Counted from the first letter of the stretch, positions 1-7,762 are shown. The stretch: DNA of 64,000 nt from Cyanophyceae cyanobacterium (GCA_050331735.1 JBHJGN010000051.1:30684-94683); one strand, 5' to 3'. Numbers and translations are program-made. Notes: a model not told the origin generated them from the letters alone.

Positions 1-1
1 T

Positions 2-301
2 ACAGTCATCGGCACTGCTCCCAATGAAACCCTGAGTATTGACGTTTCTAAAGTGACAGGGGACAGCATCCAGGCACTCACCGATACGGGGGTATTGGAA
101 CTGTTTGCCAAGCTTTACTATGCCTGTCGTGACGCTCAAGCCACCGTCAATGAAGGACAGGTAGATGGCGAGCGTTTAAACGCCATTCTAGATCCGGTCA
201 CCAATCCAGTGAACGCGGACACCATTGAAATCATTATGCAGAGTCAGGTAGAAGTGCCTATCTCTAGCAACCTGCTCGTCGTTTACGGACCTAATAACTA
301 G
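2..301 (+). CDS. Phage hypothetical protein, 5'-truncated by window edge (putative structural)
   Basis: Frame is open from base 2 (TVIGTAPNETLSIDVSKVTGDS...) to TAG at 299-301; followed by GGAGG RBS of the next gene. Confidence 0.65.
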   Translation, partial: TVIGTAPNETLSIDVSKVTGDSIQALTDTGVLELFAKLYYACRDAQATVNEGQVDGERLNAILDPVTNPVNADTIEIIMQSQVEVPISSNLLVVYGPNN

Positions 302-313
302 GAGGATTAACTA

Positions 314-883
314 ATGGCTCAGAAGGTATGGGAAGCGCAACGAAATCTAGAGTACGTTCAGGCGCGGAATAATTACTACTCCAATTTGCAAAGACCCAGA
401 AAGTCTACGGTAACGAGACAGCCAAAGGATACCTATCTTTATCGCTCCATGCTGTTACGTCAAAACGGCAGTGTACCAACCTACGCTGTTCAAGTGTCCC
501 GTCCTGCCAAGGAGTTTTTTGCTGGAACCGGAGATCCGGGAGCGCTAGGACTATCCGCACTCAGCAATGAAGACTTTTATCCAGGACCGCCGCGAAACTT
601 TAAGACCTCTAAGATTAAAGCTATTGTCGGCGATGCTACTCCAACAGTCAGCAATGCGTTTGACGATCCTAATGGCAGACGCATTATCAAATACTACGGC
701 AATACTGCTGGAGATGCTCAAGCGCACTATCAAGCGCCTATCTGCGCTCGCAGCGGCAATAACGGTCCTCAAGACGTGATCAACCAGTTTCGTGAGGTAG
801 CAAGAGCCAAGGCTGGAGCAGTAATACCGCCATACGGGAAAATTCATCTCCAGTTTGAGCAATATACCCTCAGCGGCACATGA
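314..883 (+). CDS. Phage hypothetical protein (189 aa, putative virion protein)
   Basis: GGAGG RBS upstream; ATGA overlap with next ORF; no recognised domain. Confidence 0.7.
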   Translation: MAQKVWEAQRNLEYVQARNNYYSNLQRPRKSTVTRQPKDTYLYRSMLLRQNGSVPTYAVQVSRPAKEFFAGTGDPGALGLSALSNEDFYPGPPRNFKTSKIKAIVGDATPTVSNAFDDPNGRRIIKYYGNTAGDAQAHYQAPICARSGNNGPQDVINQFREVARAKAGAVIPPYGKIHLQFEQYTLSGT

Positions 884-1101
884 AGCTGATTGAGTTTGAG
901 ACTCCGGCCATTTGGACTCCTAACATGGATGACGAGGAGCGAGAGTTTGAATTAGATCGGATGCTGGCCCGCTCTCTGGCTACGAAAGACTGGCTAGAGG
1001 GTCGGCTCAACACCGCCGACTGGATGGATTGCATGGATTATTACGGCGTGGATATTTTGCAAGCAGCGCAGGATTGGAACCAGGGCATCAGCTATATCTA
1101 A
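880..1101 (+). CDS. Small acidic phage hypothetical protein
   Basis: ATGA and TAATG overlaps at both ends. Confidence 0.7.
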   Translation: MKLIEFETPAIWTPNMDDEEREFELDRMLARSLATKDWLEGRLNTADWMDCMDYYGVDILQAAQDWNQGISYI

Positions 1102-1520
1102 TGAGTCTCTATCAGGTTGAGGCAGACTACAGCTATAGCAATAATTGGACGCTGATCCGGGAAAGCTACCACCAGGAACAAATCCCCATTTTCCCGCCCA
1201 AGTCGCCGCGCATTTCGGGTTTTTGGATCTCGGGTACTCATACACAAATTGTCTGGGCTGCTCAGATAGAAACGGAAAAGTACAAGGATTCGTGGCACAC
1301 GGGTGGATGGCTGAGTCAGCGGATTGACGTGCCAGGGGTGTTTAATTCTGGACGGACGGCCAAGGTCCAGATCCCTCTTAATGAGGTGTATTTATTTACT
1401 TTGCCCTCTGTCAATCAGGAGTATCGACTTTACTTTGCTCCGGCTCCCTGGTTGATTGATATGACCTTCCGTCTGTGGAAGTTTACCGGGGAAGTTAAAG
1501 GTAATGATTTGGTTACTTAA
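1101..1520 (+). CDS. Phage hypothetical protein (aromatic-rich, probably beta-rich)
   Basis: Start moved to ATG 1101 (TAATG coupling with upstream stop). Confidence 0.65.
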   Translation: MSLYQVEADYSYSNNWTLIRESYHQEQIPIFPPKSPRISGFWISGTHTQIVWAAQIETEKYKDSWHTGGWLSQRIDVPGVFNSGRTAKVQIPLNEVYLFTLPSVNQEYRLYFAPAPWLIDMTFRLWKFTGEVKGNDLVT

Positions 1521-1845
1521 CCCTCACACTAAAAAACGCTTTGAAGTCACTGGCAAAGTATTTAGGGTGGGCCGATCTCCTGACTGCCACCTTACGATTA
1601 ACAGCCGCAGAGTGAGCCGGGTTCACTTTACGCTCGTTAAGTTTAGCGAGGAAGAGAGCGGCTATACGTTGTTTGACGGGGATTTTGAAGAGGCGAGGCC
1701 GTCGCGGAACGGGGTGAAGGTAGGCTGGACTTGGGTGGTGGGGAGCCAGATCTTGAAGCATAATGACCACATTATTTTTGCCGGCCAGTCGCTGATCTAT
1801 CAGCAGCCCGGTTGGACCCGGCCACCTCATCTGACGGTGTTCTAA
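1504..1845 (+). CDS. Stand-alone FHA domain protein
   Basis: Canonical FHA motifs VGRSPDC, VSRVH, SRNG. Confidence 0.85.
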   Translation: MIWLLNPHTKKRFEVTGKVFRVGRSPDCHLTINSRRVSRVHFTLVKFSEEESGYTLFDGDFEEARPSRNGVKVGWTWVVGSQILKHNDHIIFAGQSLIYQQPGWTRPPHLTVF

Positions 1846-2078
1846 TGAGCCTACAAGAGTTTATCGGACTACTGTGTGTTATCGTCCCTGGCGTGTTTTG
1901 GTTCGCCACGATTGAGGTCCGACTGCGGACCATGCAGCTTGGCCTGACCGAATACCTGCGAGCGCAGAGAATGAACGATGGCAAGCACGATCGCACGTTG
2001 ATTAAACATCATGCCCGACTGGACCAGCTAGAAAACTTCCTAGAGAAACACCATGAGTACCGCATCCGGCACGATTAA
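1845..2078 (+). CDS. Single-TM phage membrane protein (holin/lysis accessory candidate)
   Basis: TAATG-coupled start at 1845; hydrophobic FIGLLCVIVPGVFWFA; directly upstream of endolysin. Confidence 0.55.
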   Translation: MSLQEFIGLLCVIVPGVFWFATIEVRLRTMQLGLTEYLRAQRMNDGKHDRTLIKHHARLDQLENFLEKHHEYRIRHD

Positions 2079-2691
2079 CCTAGAGAACTTCTTTCACTAC
2101 TACGATCGCCGCAATCCGCAGCATTTGCTGGCAATCCAGAGATTGAGTGAGCAAATGAGCGCAGCGCTTCAGATGGATAGTTCGGACTGGGTAAAGATCT
2201 ATCGGACTCCGCTGCAAGCACCGGCGGCTGAGGAAGGGAAGTCAATCGCCGCCACAGAGTCGGTGCGACAGCCCTATAGCGGCGTGATTGACTGGGACGA
2301 TCCAAACTCCTACGTTTCAGAATACTTTACGGTGAAGGAAGTGACGCAGGGAGACCGGCGACGGATTCCCCAGACCGACGACATTAAGCAGAACATTGTC
2401 ACGCTGGCGAAGTACATGGACGAGGTGCGTAAGCTGTGGGGCAGCGCGATTGGGGTAACGAGTTGGTACAGGCCGCCGCGCATTAACGCGATGGTTGGTG
2501 GCGTGAGGAACTCTCAGCACATTAGTGGTCGGGCCGTGGACGTGTATCCGCTCAACGGGAAGTCGGCGGAGTTTGAGCAGTGGCTGGACCAGGTGGCGTG
2601 GAAGAACCGGGCGCTTGGCTATGGAGTCGCTTCGGGCCGTGGGTTTACTCATTTGGATCTGAGACCCAAGCGAATCCGATGGCACTACTAA
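2053..2691 (+). CDS. Peptidase M15-family Zn peptidoglycan peptidase (endolysin)
   Basis: TSWYRPPRIN, SQH-x5-VD and FTHLDLR motifs. Confidence 0.85.
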   Translation: MSTASGTINLENFFHYYDRRNPQHLLAIQRLSEQMSAALQMDSSDWVKIYRTPLQAPAAEEGKSIAATESVRQPYSGVIDWDDPNSYVSEYFTVKEVTQGDRRRIPQTDDIKQNIVTLAKYMDEVRKLWGSAIGVTSWYRPPRINAMVGGVRNSQHISGRAVDVYPLNGKSAEFEQWLDQVAWKNRALGYGVASGRGFTHLDLRPKRIRWHY

Positions 2692-2864
2692 CCCATATCG
2701 TCAAAAGCCTCACCACCCGCAGTACAGTTGTATTACTGCTGCTTCTTGGTAGTCTGTACTTAGCTGTGACAGATACGAGCTTTAGGCCACTGTTTTCTGA
2801 TTTGGCTAAAGTGGGTTTGGGCGGATATCTAGGGCAGCTACGTCCAGAGTCTAAAGAACGATAG
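2679..2864 (+). CDS. Small membrane protein (holin-like)
   Basis: ATG at 2679 overlaps the endolysin end; two hydrophobic segments and a charged C-terminus. Confidence 0.55.
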   Translation: MALLTHIVKSLTTRSTVVLLLLLGSLYLAVTDTSFRPLFSDLAKVGLGGYLGQLRPESKER

Positions 2865-3061
2865 TGACTATATACGTTTTGGTTGATCTGCACACTGGCT
2901 ATCCCTACGATGCCTTTAAGACTTTAGAAGCAGCACAAAATTACTGTCGGCGCATTGGCAAACCCGAGGTTAGACCGTTTCGGGTTCCGCTGCATGGCAG
3001 TGAGTGTGAGCCGGGATGCTTGCTACCGCTTGTGCCGATTCCTCAGCTAGCGATTGCTTAG
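2864..3061 (+). CDS. Phage hypothetical protein
   Basis: GTG start overlaps the upstream stop. Confidence 0.5.
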   Translation: MTIYVLVDLHTGYPYDAFKTLEAAQNYCRRIGKPEVRPFRVPLHGSECEPGCLLPLVPIPQLAIA

Positions 3062-3286
3062 GGCCGATGGAACGACGCGCCAACATTCGGTATCCAAAGA
3101 CAGCATCTCTATGCTCTTCTGAATCGCACCGGTGCGAGTTTCGGTGGAGCAGTAGAGAAACCGATAGTTGGTAAAGGCCGATGGCGTAATCCGTTCTACC
3201 TGCCAGCGGTAAGGGGAGAGGGTGAGATAGATTTCGTCGCCCTCTTTGAGCTGGCTGATCGACACGAGTTGGGTTCTAGGTTTCAT
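3047..3286 (-). CDS. Phage hypothetical protein
   Basis: Overlaps the end of ORF 3276-4001; last gene of the minus-strand operon. Confidence 0.5.
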   Translation of the reverse strand: MKPRTQLVSISQLKEGDEIYLTLSPYRWQVERITPSAFTNYRFLYCSTETRTGAIQKSIEMLSLDTECWRVVPSALSNR

Positions 3287-4001
3287 CTTTCTGCAAGTCT
3301 GTTTGCGGAATGGAGCCGGTTTCTCCGGGCTTGCCTTCTCTCTGGCAAATATAGCGAAAGTCTAAGGCTGAGGTAGGCACGACTTCTTTGACAATGAGTG
3401 ACTGATCCTTGAGGGATTGATGGCGATCGCCTACGTAAACCACGCGATCGCCTTCTTTGTACTTGGCTAGCGATGGTGCTTGATTGTAATTTGTCTCAGC
3501 GTGAAGATTTCCTATATCCCTGTTCAAAACATTCAGTGATCCTTCACTTTTAAGATCACTAAAAAAAATTGTGCTTTTTTGACGAGGATCACTTTGAGGA
3601 TCACATTGATTTTCCTTGTCTGGCAAGGCTTCTGACGGCTTGTGATCTTGTGATCTCGCTTTTTTCTGATTTGAGCCTTTTGTTGAAGAGGCTTGACTCC
3701 CATTTTTTTGTGATCCAGGATCACAATTGCCCTCTAGTCCTTGTTTGTCAGTAGTTTCGTCTGTGATCTCTCTAGTGATCTCTGCTTGAGGATCACTGTT
3801 GTCTCGGTCTAGGAAATATAAAAACGGGCTGCGCTGATGCGACTCGCGTTCTCTGTTGACAACTCCTTCATTAGCCAAATCTGACAAAGTAGATCTCACG
3901 TGATTCCATGTGCCAGGAACCCACTGTTCAAACTCTTTAGCTTTAAATTTTGCGTTAGGATGCTCGCGCAGGTGCTTGATGATAGCTTCTTTAGTTTGCA
4001 T
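3276..4001 (-). CDS. Winged-HTH-containing replication-associated protein
   Basis: N-terminal wHTH-like segment (IIKHLREHP...VRSTLSDLANEGVVNRE), low-complexity middle carrying DNA repeats, KOW-like C-terminus (YKEGDRVVYVG). Confidence 0.6.
   Translation of the reverse strand: MQTKEAIIKHLREHPNAKFKAKEFEQWVPGTWNHVRSTLSDLANEGVVNRERESHQRSPFLYFLDRDNSDPQAEITREITDETTDKQGLEGNCDPGSQKNGSQASSTKGSNQKKARSQDHKPSEALPDKENQCDPQSDPRQKSTIFFSDLKSEGSLNVLNRDIGNLHAETNYNQAPSLAKYKEGDRVVYVGDRHQSLKDQSLIVKEVVPTSALDFRYICQREGKPGETGSIPQTDLQKDET
3536..3796. repeat. Cluster of 11 GTGATC/GATCAC motifs (iteron-like; putative origin)
   Basis: Motifs at 3536, 3554, 3587, 3599, 3642, 3650, 3710, 3719, 3763, 3775, 3791, interspersed with A/T tracts. 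Confidence 0.75.
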
Positions 4002-4016
4002 GTTCTCTATTCCTCC

Positions 4017-5414
4017 TTATTGGTCTACTCTCCCGTGACAGGTTACTGAAAAGTCTTCAGTGTTAATTTCAATTTTGGTTGCTCCTAAACAACGAGAGCG
4101 AGATTTTTCGTGAATGAGCAAGCGAACAGTTGAGTTTAGATCGTTGTCCTGCGGATCTCGCATGATGTGCAGGACTTCCGAAACAGAAGCCACAATAGCG
4201 CTTGACCCCCTTGATTGCTTCTCTTTGCTGTCGTGATGAAGAATAAGGATCGTCGCTCCGGTTTCAGCGGCGATGTCTCTCAGCATCAGAATCGGACGGG
4301 CATACTCAGCATCGTTTTCTGAGATGAGAGAGTTTTTGCTGACGCTGGTTAACGAATCAATGACCACAAACTCCGAACCGTGTTCAATGATTTCCTTCCG
4401 CAAGTGCTGCATGTGGTCTACAGTCCACTTTGTTTTGACGCGGATAGGCATACCCCCCTCAATGCCTCGGTTAGCAAGCTTCCTCAGCATGTCACTGGGA
4501 GCCTCGTCGGTCTGCACAATTAGGCAGCGGCGGGAGTCTTTTGTTACCGAGTAATTGCCCCAATGAGTTCCTGTGGCTAGATGAAAGACGAAGTTATAGG
4601 CCGTCGTCGTCTTGTTGTCACCAGCAGCGCCGTGCAGAAGGACTGTTTTGCCAACAGGCAACATACCCTGCTGAAGCCACTTGTTAACGTCGTATCCGTA
4701 CTTAGCAATTGCCTCTTCTAGGGGCATCGATGGCTCATTCTCCTGAGCAATCAAGCTCTTGTAGTAGAGGTTCTTAAGCGCGTTTACGTCTCTGCGGTTA
4801 TGTTTGTTGGCTAACTCCTGAAGCAAAAACTCTCTATGGTCGGGTCGGTCTACCTCTAGTTCTATGCGCTGGACTTCAGCGACAAGCTTGTTGCATTGCT
4901 CAATGGCATATTCATCGCTAGAGCTATAGCGATGGCGTGACTGCGTTACTCGGTGAGTTAGAGCTTCGATCTTCTGAAGAAAGTCTCTGACGGGAGCGGC
5001 AAAGGTGTAGCCTACTTTTTGAATCTCAGCGCCAAGACCAATTGCTTCCCGATGAAGCATCTTGTCTATTAGAAGGCGAGCTAGATTATCTATGTTGGCA
5101 GCAGACACACATCGATCTATGAAATGCGCTAGCTTGCTTGCCCCGCCTATTTTGTCAAGCTTTTTGCGCTCGACCAGATAATTTGTGACCGTAATCAAAT
5201 CGGTCACTTGTTTTTCTTCGGCAACGTGGCAAATTGCCTTGTATATCTCCTGATGGTCCTTGAGCAAGAAAGCTTCAGGAACTAGGATATCCTTGACTCT
5301 GGAGTACGCCTCTCGGTCAAAAAGTAAGCCTCCCAGCACTGATTCTTCCGCGTCAATGCTGCTGGGCAGGGGATAGTCAAGAACGTTGGTAAAAGTTGTA
5401 TTATTAGGATACAT
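4017..5414 (-). CDS. DnaB N-terminal domain plus RecA-like AAA_25 helicase/ATPase
   Basis: PSSIDAEESVLGGLL DnaB-N motif; Walker A-like HGAAGDNKTT; Walker B VVIDSL; LHHDSK...RGSSAI; AGGAGG RBS. Confidence 0.85.
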   Translation of the reverse strand: MYPNNTTFTNVLDYPLPSSIDAEESVLGGLLFDREAYSRVKDILVPEAFLLKDHQEIYKAICHVAEEKQVTDLITVTNYLVERKKLDKIGGASKLAHFIDRCVSAANIDNLARLLIDKMLHREAIGLGAEIQKVGYTFAAPVRDFLQKIEALTHRVTQSRHRYSSSDEYAIEQCNKLVAEVQRIELEVDRPDHREFLLQELANKHNRRDVNALKNLYYKSLIAQENEPSMPLEEAIAKYGYDVNKWLQQGMLPVGKTVLLHGAAGDNKTTTAYNFVFHLATGTHWGNYSVTKDSRRCLIVQTDEAPSDMLRKLANRGIEGGMPIRVKTKWTVDHMQHLRKEIIEHGSEFVVIDSLTSVSKNSLISENDAEYARPILMLRDIAAETGATILILHHDSKEKQSRGSSAIVASVSEVLHIMRDPQDNDLNSTVRLLIHEKSRSRCLGATKIEINTEDFSVTCHGRVDQ

Positions 5415-5444
5415 ATTGTCCCTCCTATGGGCAATCTAGAGCAG

Positions 5445-5496
5445 AACAGGAGTGTGGTGTCTGGCCAAGACGAGAACGCTCCTGTTTTTGCTTTTT
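5445..5496 (+). terminator. Intrinsic terminator antisense to the helicase leader
   Basis: AACAGGAGTGT/ACGCTCCTGTT stem (G-U pair only on + strand) followed by T tracts. Confidence 0.55.
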
Positions 5497-5603
5497 AATA
5501 TTGTGCTTTTGATTTTACCCTAGTTAAGGAAATGTGATCTTCAATCAGTGATCCTCCTTCCGTTTTTTAAACCCTTTCCTTGATTTTCCGGTTCTGGTCT
5601 TGC

Positions 5604-5864
5604 TCAGTCATGACCTTCCTCCTCATTCCAACGAGTCAGGCGAGTCAGAATAGCGTCTAGTTTTCCGTTAGCGGCTTTAATTTCTTGCTTGACTTCTGCC
5701 AGCTCCGCATCAAAATGTTCTTCTAGCTTTTCAAAGGCTTCACCAATCCAGCCCTCCGGATCGATAACGCGGTCAAACTCATCTTGGGTTTGCTCGAGCT
5801 TAGCTATGCGTCTCTCCAAAGCCGCTATCTTGCGAAATAGTTCGCCGCTATAGCCATCAGTCAT
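5604..5864 (-). CDS. Small coiled-coil hypothetical protein
   Basis: Heptad-like helices; overlaps the upstream ORF by 8 nt. Confidence 0.65.
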   Translation of the reverse strand: MTDGYSGELFRKIAALERRIAKLEQTQDEFDRVIDPEGWIGEAFEKLEEHFDAELAEVKQEIKAANGKLDAILTRLTRWNEEEGHD

Positions 5865-6072
5865 GATTAACCTCCGGCTTTAGTCTGCCCGACCTGGCGG
5901 CCGCCACCAAATCTTCTACCCGTTGGCTAGCATTACCACTACGCTTAAGCCATTGAACAACATCGGGCATCAAGGTAAGAGTAATCTGCTGTTTGCCTTT
6001 AAACCTAGCCGATGCTCCCTTCTCAAGATTGGCTAGGGAGTTAGGATGCATTTTTCTTTTAGCTTCTGGCAT
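5857..6072 (-). CDS. BrnA-antitoxin-like / RHH DNA-binding protein
   Basis: KQQITLTLMPDVVQWLKRSG resembles the BrnA RHH consensus (K..vTlRLdpdvlewfk..G). Confidence 0.55.
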   Translation of the reverse strand: MPEAKRKMHPNSLANLEKGASARFKGKQQITLTLMPDVVQWLKRSGNASQRVEDLVAAARSGRLKPEVNHD

Positions 6073-6100
6073 AAATCTAATTACACTGGTAATTAGATTT
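6073..6100. promoter_or_regulatory. Perfect 12-bp inverted repeat (putative operator)
   Basis: AAATCTAATTAC-ACTG-GTAATTAGATTT abutting the ATG of 5857-6072. Confidence 0.7.
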
Positions 6101-6115
6101 TAGCAGGGGATTGAT

Positions 6116-6151
6116 ACAAAAAGCGATCACCCGCAGCACCGAGCGATCGCC
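6116..6151 (-). terminator. HIP1-based terminator, direct-repeat copy 1
   Basis: ACAAAAAGCGATCACCCGCAGCACCGAGCGATCGCC; forms a hairpin plus U5 on the - strand. Confidence 0.75.
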
Positions 6152-6159
6152 AGTAGCAA

Positions 6160-6474
6160 TTATTGATTTTTCCCAAAATAAAAGCCGACAGCAGTACCAA
6201 TTAACGTGCCTTGAGAAGTGATAATTAACGTAATAACTTCTTGTCTCTCGTCTTTGTCTAATCCCCAGAGCACAACGCCGAAGCAGCCCACCAGGGTTAA
6301 GGCATAAATTATCAGTACAGCAGGAGCTAAAAAGCTTCTGGTAGCCTCCTGAGACTCTCTGATTCGAGTATTGGAGGCTTTAATGTGATAATCATAATGC
6401 CGAGTTGGGGGTTCTTCATTAAGGGAATCAATGTTTGGCGGCTCTGAGGGAGAAAGACTGCTGTCGTCTGGCAT
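6160..6474 (-). CDS. Two-TM membrane protein (C-terminal GFYFG motif)
   Basis: Two hydrophobic helices; TAATG-coupled to the RHH gene. Confidence 0.7.
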   Translation of the reverse strand: MPDDSSLSPSEPPNIDSLNEEPPTRHYDYHIKASNTRIRESQEATRSFLAPAVLIIYALTLVGCFGVVLWGLDKDERQEVITLIITSQGTLIGTAVGFYFGKNQ

Positions 6475-6695
6475 TACCTGAAGACCACCTCACGATAGTT
6501 GTCTTCCTTTTGCAGCAAAACCTTATTTCCTTCCTTGATCGCGTTTTCGATGTAGTCTTCTGTGGTAACAGCTCGACGAATAGCGTCAGTCATTGTCAGG
6601 CCGTGACGGTTAGCGATAAGCTTAATTTTCTCAATAGTTTCCAATGGGAGAGCAACAGTCACTTTCTTCGTGACTGGCTTGTCTGTAGTAGTCAT
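6474..6695 (-). CDS. CopG/ribbon-helix-helix DNA-binding protein
   Basis: KKVTVALPLETIEKIKLIANRHGLTMTDAIRRAV; ATG at 6695. Confidence 0.8.
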   Translation of the reverse strand: MTTTDKPVTKKVTVALPLETIEKIKLIANRHGLTMTDAIRRAVTTEDYIENAIKEGNKVLLQKEDNYREVVFR

Positions 6696-6787
6696 GTTTC
6701 CTTCGCTGGCTAAACTAGAACTGGTTATACTAACAGAATACAGCAAATATTAGTATCATACATGCATAAATTGTATGACAATAGACA

Positions 6788-6823
6788 ACAAAAAGCGATC
6801 GCCCGCAGCACCGAGCGATCGCC
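6788..6823 (-). terminator. HIP1-based terminator, direct-repeat copy 2
   Basis: 35 of 36 bases identical to 6116-6151. Confidence 0.75.
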
Positions 6824-6873
6824 TGGACACCATATCAGATTTAAATTTCGTATATGAATAGCTCAGTTATAGC

Positions 6874-7194
6874 TCACCATATGAGAACACCGTCATCGCT
6901 CACATGGTCCTTCCAACAGTCCTGTATCTCTTCAGAGACGTAACCCGTTTCAGAGGCTGTAACTATGGCTTCTTGACAGCGTTCGCTCTTGCACGCCAAG
7001 TCATGCTCCCAGGTTACGCACTGCTCGCTATGGGCAAATAGAACGTCTGGGTCGCCGGTGCGGTCGTGAACGTAACACATCACAGCTTCAACGAGTTCAG
7101 CAGGAGTGCATTCTGTGCTGTCACAAACTTGCTCTAGCTCGTTGATAACTCGCTGCACATACTTATCATCGACGATAGTTGGTTTCCTTTGCAT
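6874..7194 (-). CDS. Acidic Cys-rich phage hypothetical protein
   Basis: 106-aa ORF followed by a terminator. Confidence 0.55.
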   Translation of the reverse strand: MQRKPTIVDDKYVQRVINELEQVCDSTECTPAELVEAVMCYVHDRTGDPDVLFAHSEQCVTWEHDLACKSERCQEAIVTASETGYVSEEIQDCWKDHVSDDGVLIW

Positions 7195-7198
7195 CGTT

Positions 7199-7362
7199 TT
7201 ACTAGAAAATTACTACAAACCCGCTTCGCTATAGCAGTGGCCTAAACGTGCTTAAAAACAAAGATTTACTACAGAGTTACTACACTCGCAAAACGTCAAA
7301 ATGCTACAATTATTAGTACAGCTAGCGTTGAGGGCAAAAACCCGTGAGTCCGGCCAGTCCCG
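7199..7362 (+). other. Candidate attR: paired arm-type repeats plus tRNA-3'-like core
   Basis: TTACTA(G/C)A at 7199/7210 and 7266/7277 (11-bp spacing); GAGTCCGGCCAGTCCCG at 7346-7362. Confidence 0.45.
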
Positions 7363-7529
7363 TGTAAACGCTCTTACATAGCTTGTCCGACAGCACTTGT
7401 GGCGGAAGTTTTACGAAAGCCTAGGCAAGTCCTACTATGACGAATCGGTTAGCTTGGAGCTAGCCGAACGAATCGTCTTTGACCTGCTGAGCCAGAACGT
7501 ACAGAGAGGAGATCTTAAAAAGCCGACTA

Positions 7530-7732
7530 TAGCCGATGTATTAGGGAAAGCCAACTTGACCGAGTTTGCTAACTTTGTGGCCTTTGACAGGCCCAATGGC
7601 TTCAGCACTTCTGGTGGCCGGACCCTCACCCCTTATAGTCCCGGTCCTGTTGATGTGGGTGGGTCTAGTTCTGGTTCTGCGGCTGCCGTTGCTGCTAACC
7701 TCCTTTTAGCGATTTCAAACTTTTTGAGATAA
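7530..7732 (+). pseudogene. Amidase-signature fragment
   Basis: LGKANLTEFANF...GGSSSGSAAAVAA inside a 111-aa ORF; the rest of the amidase is missing. Confidence 0.8.
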
Positions 7733-7762
7733 GCTTTTAACCTGATTGCGATCGCAATCAGG

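Larger units (their letters stand above)
1..7362. mobile_element. Integrated prophage-like element (left part outside window)
   Basis: Dense overlapping small ORFs, M15 endolysin with flanking membrane proteins, DnaB-N/AAA helicase, RHH regulators, convergent two-module layout, candidate attR at about 7346-7362. No integrase, terminase or tail gene is visible in the window. Confidence 0.8.
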
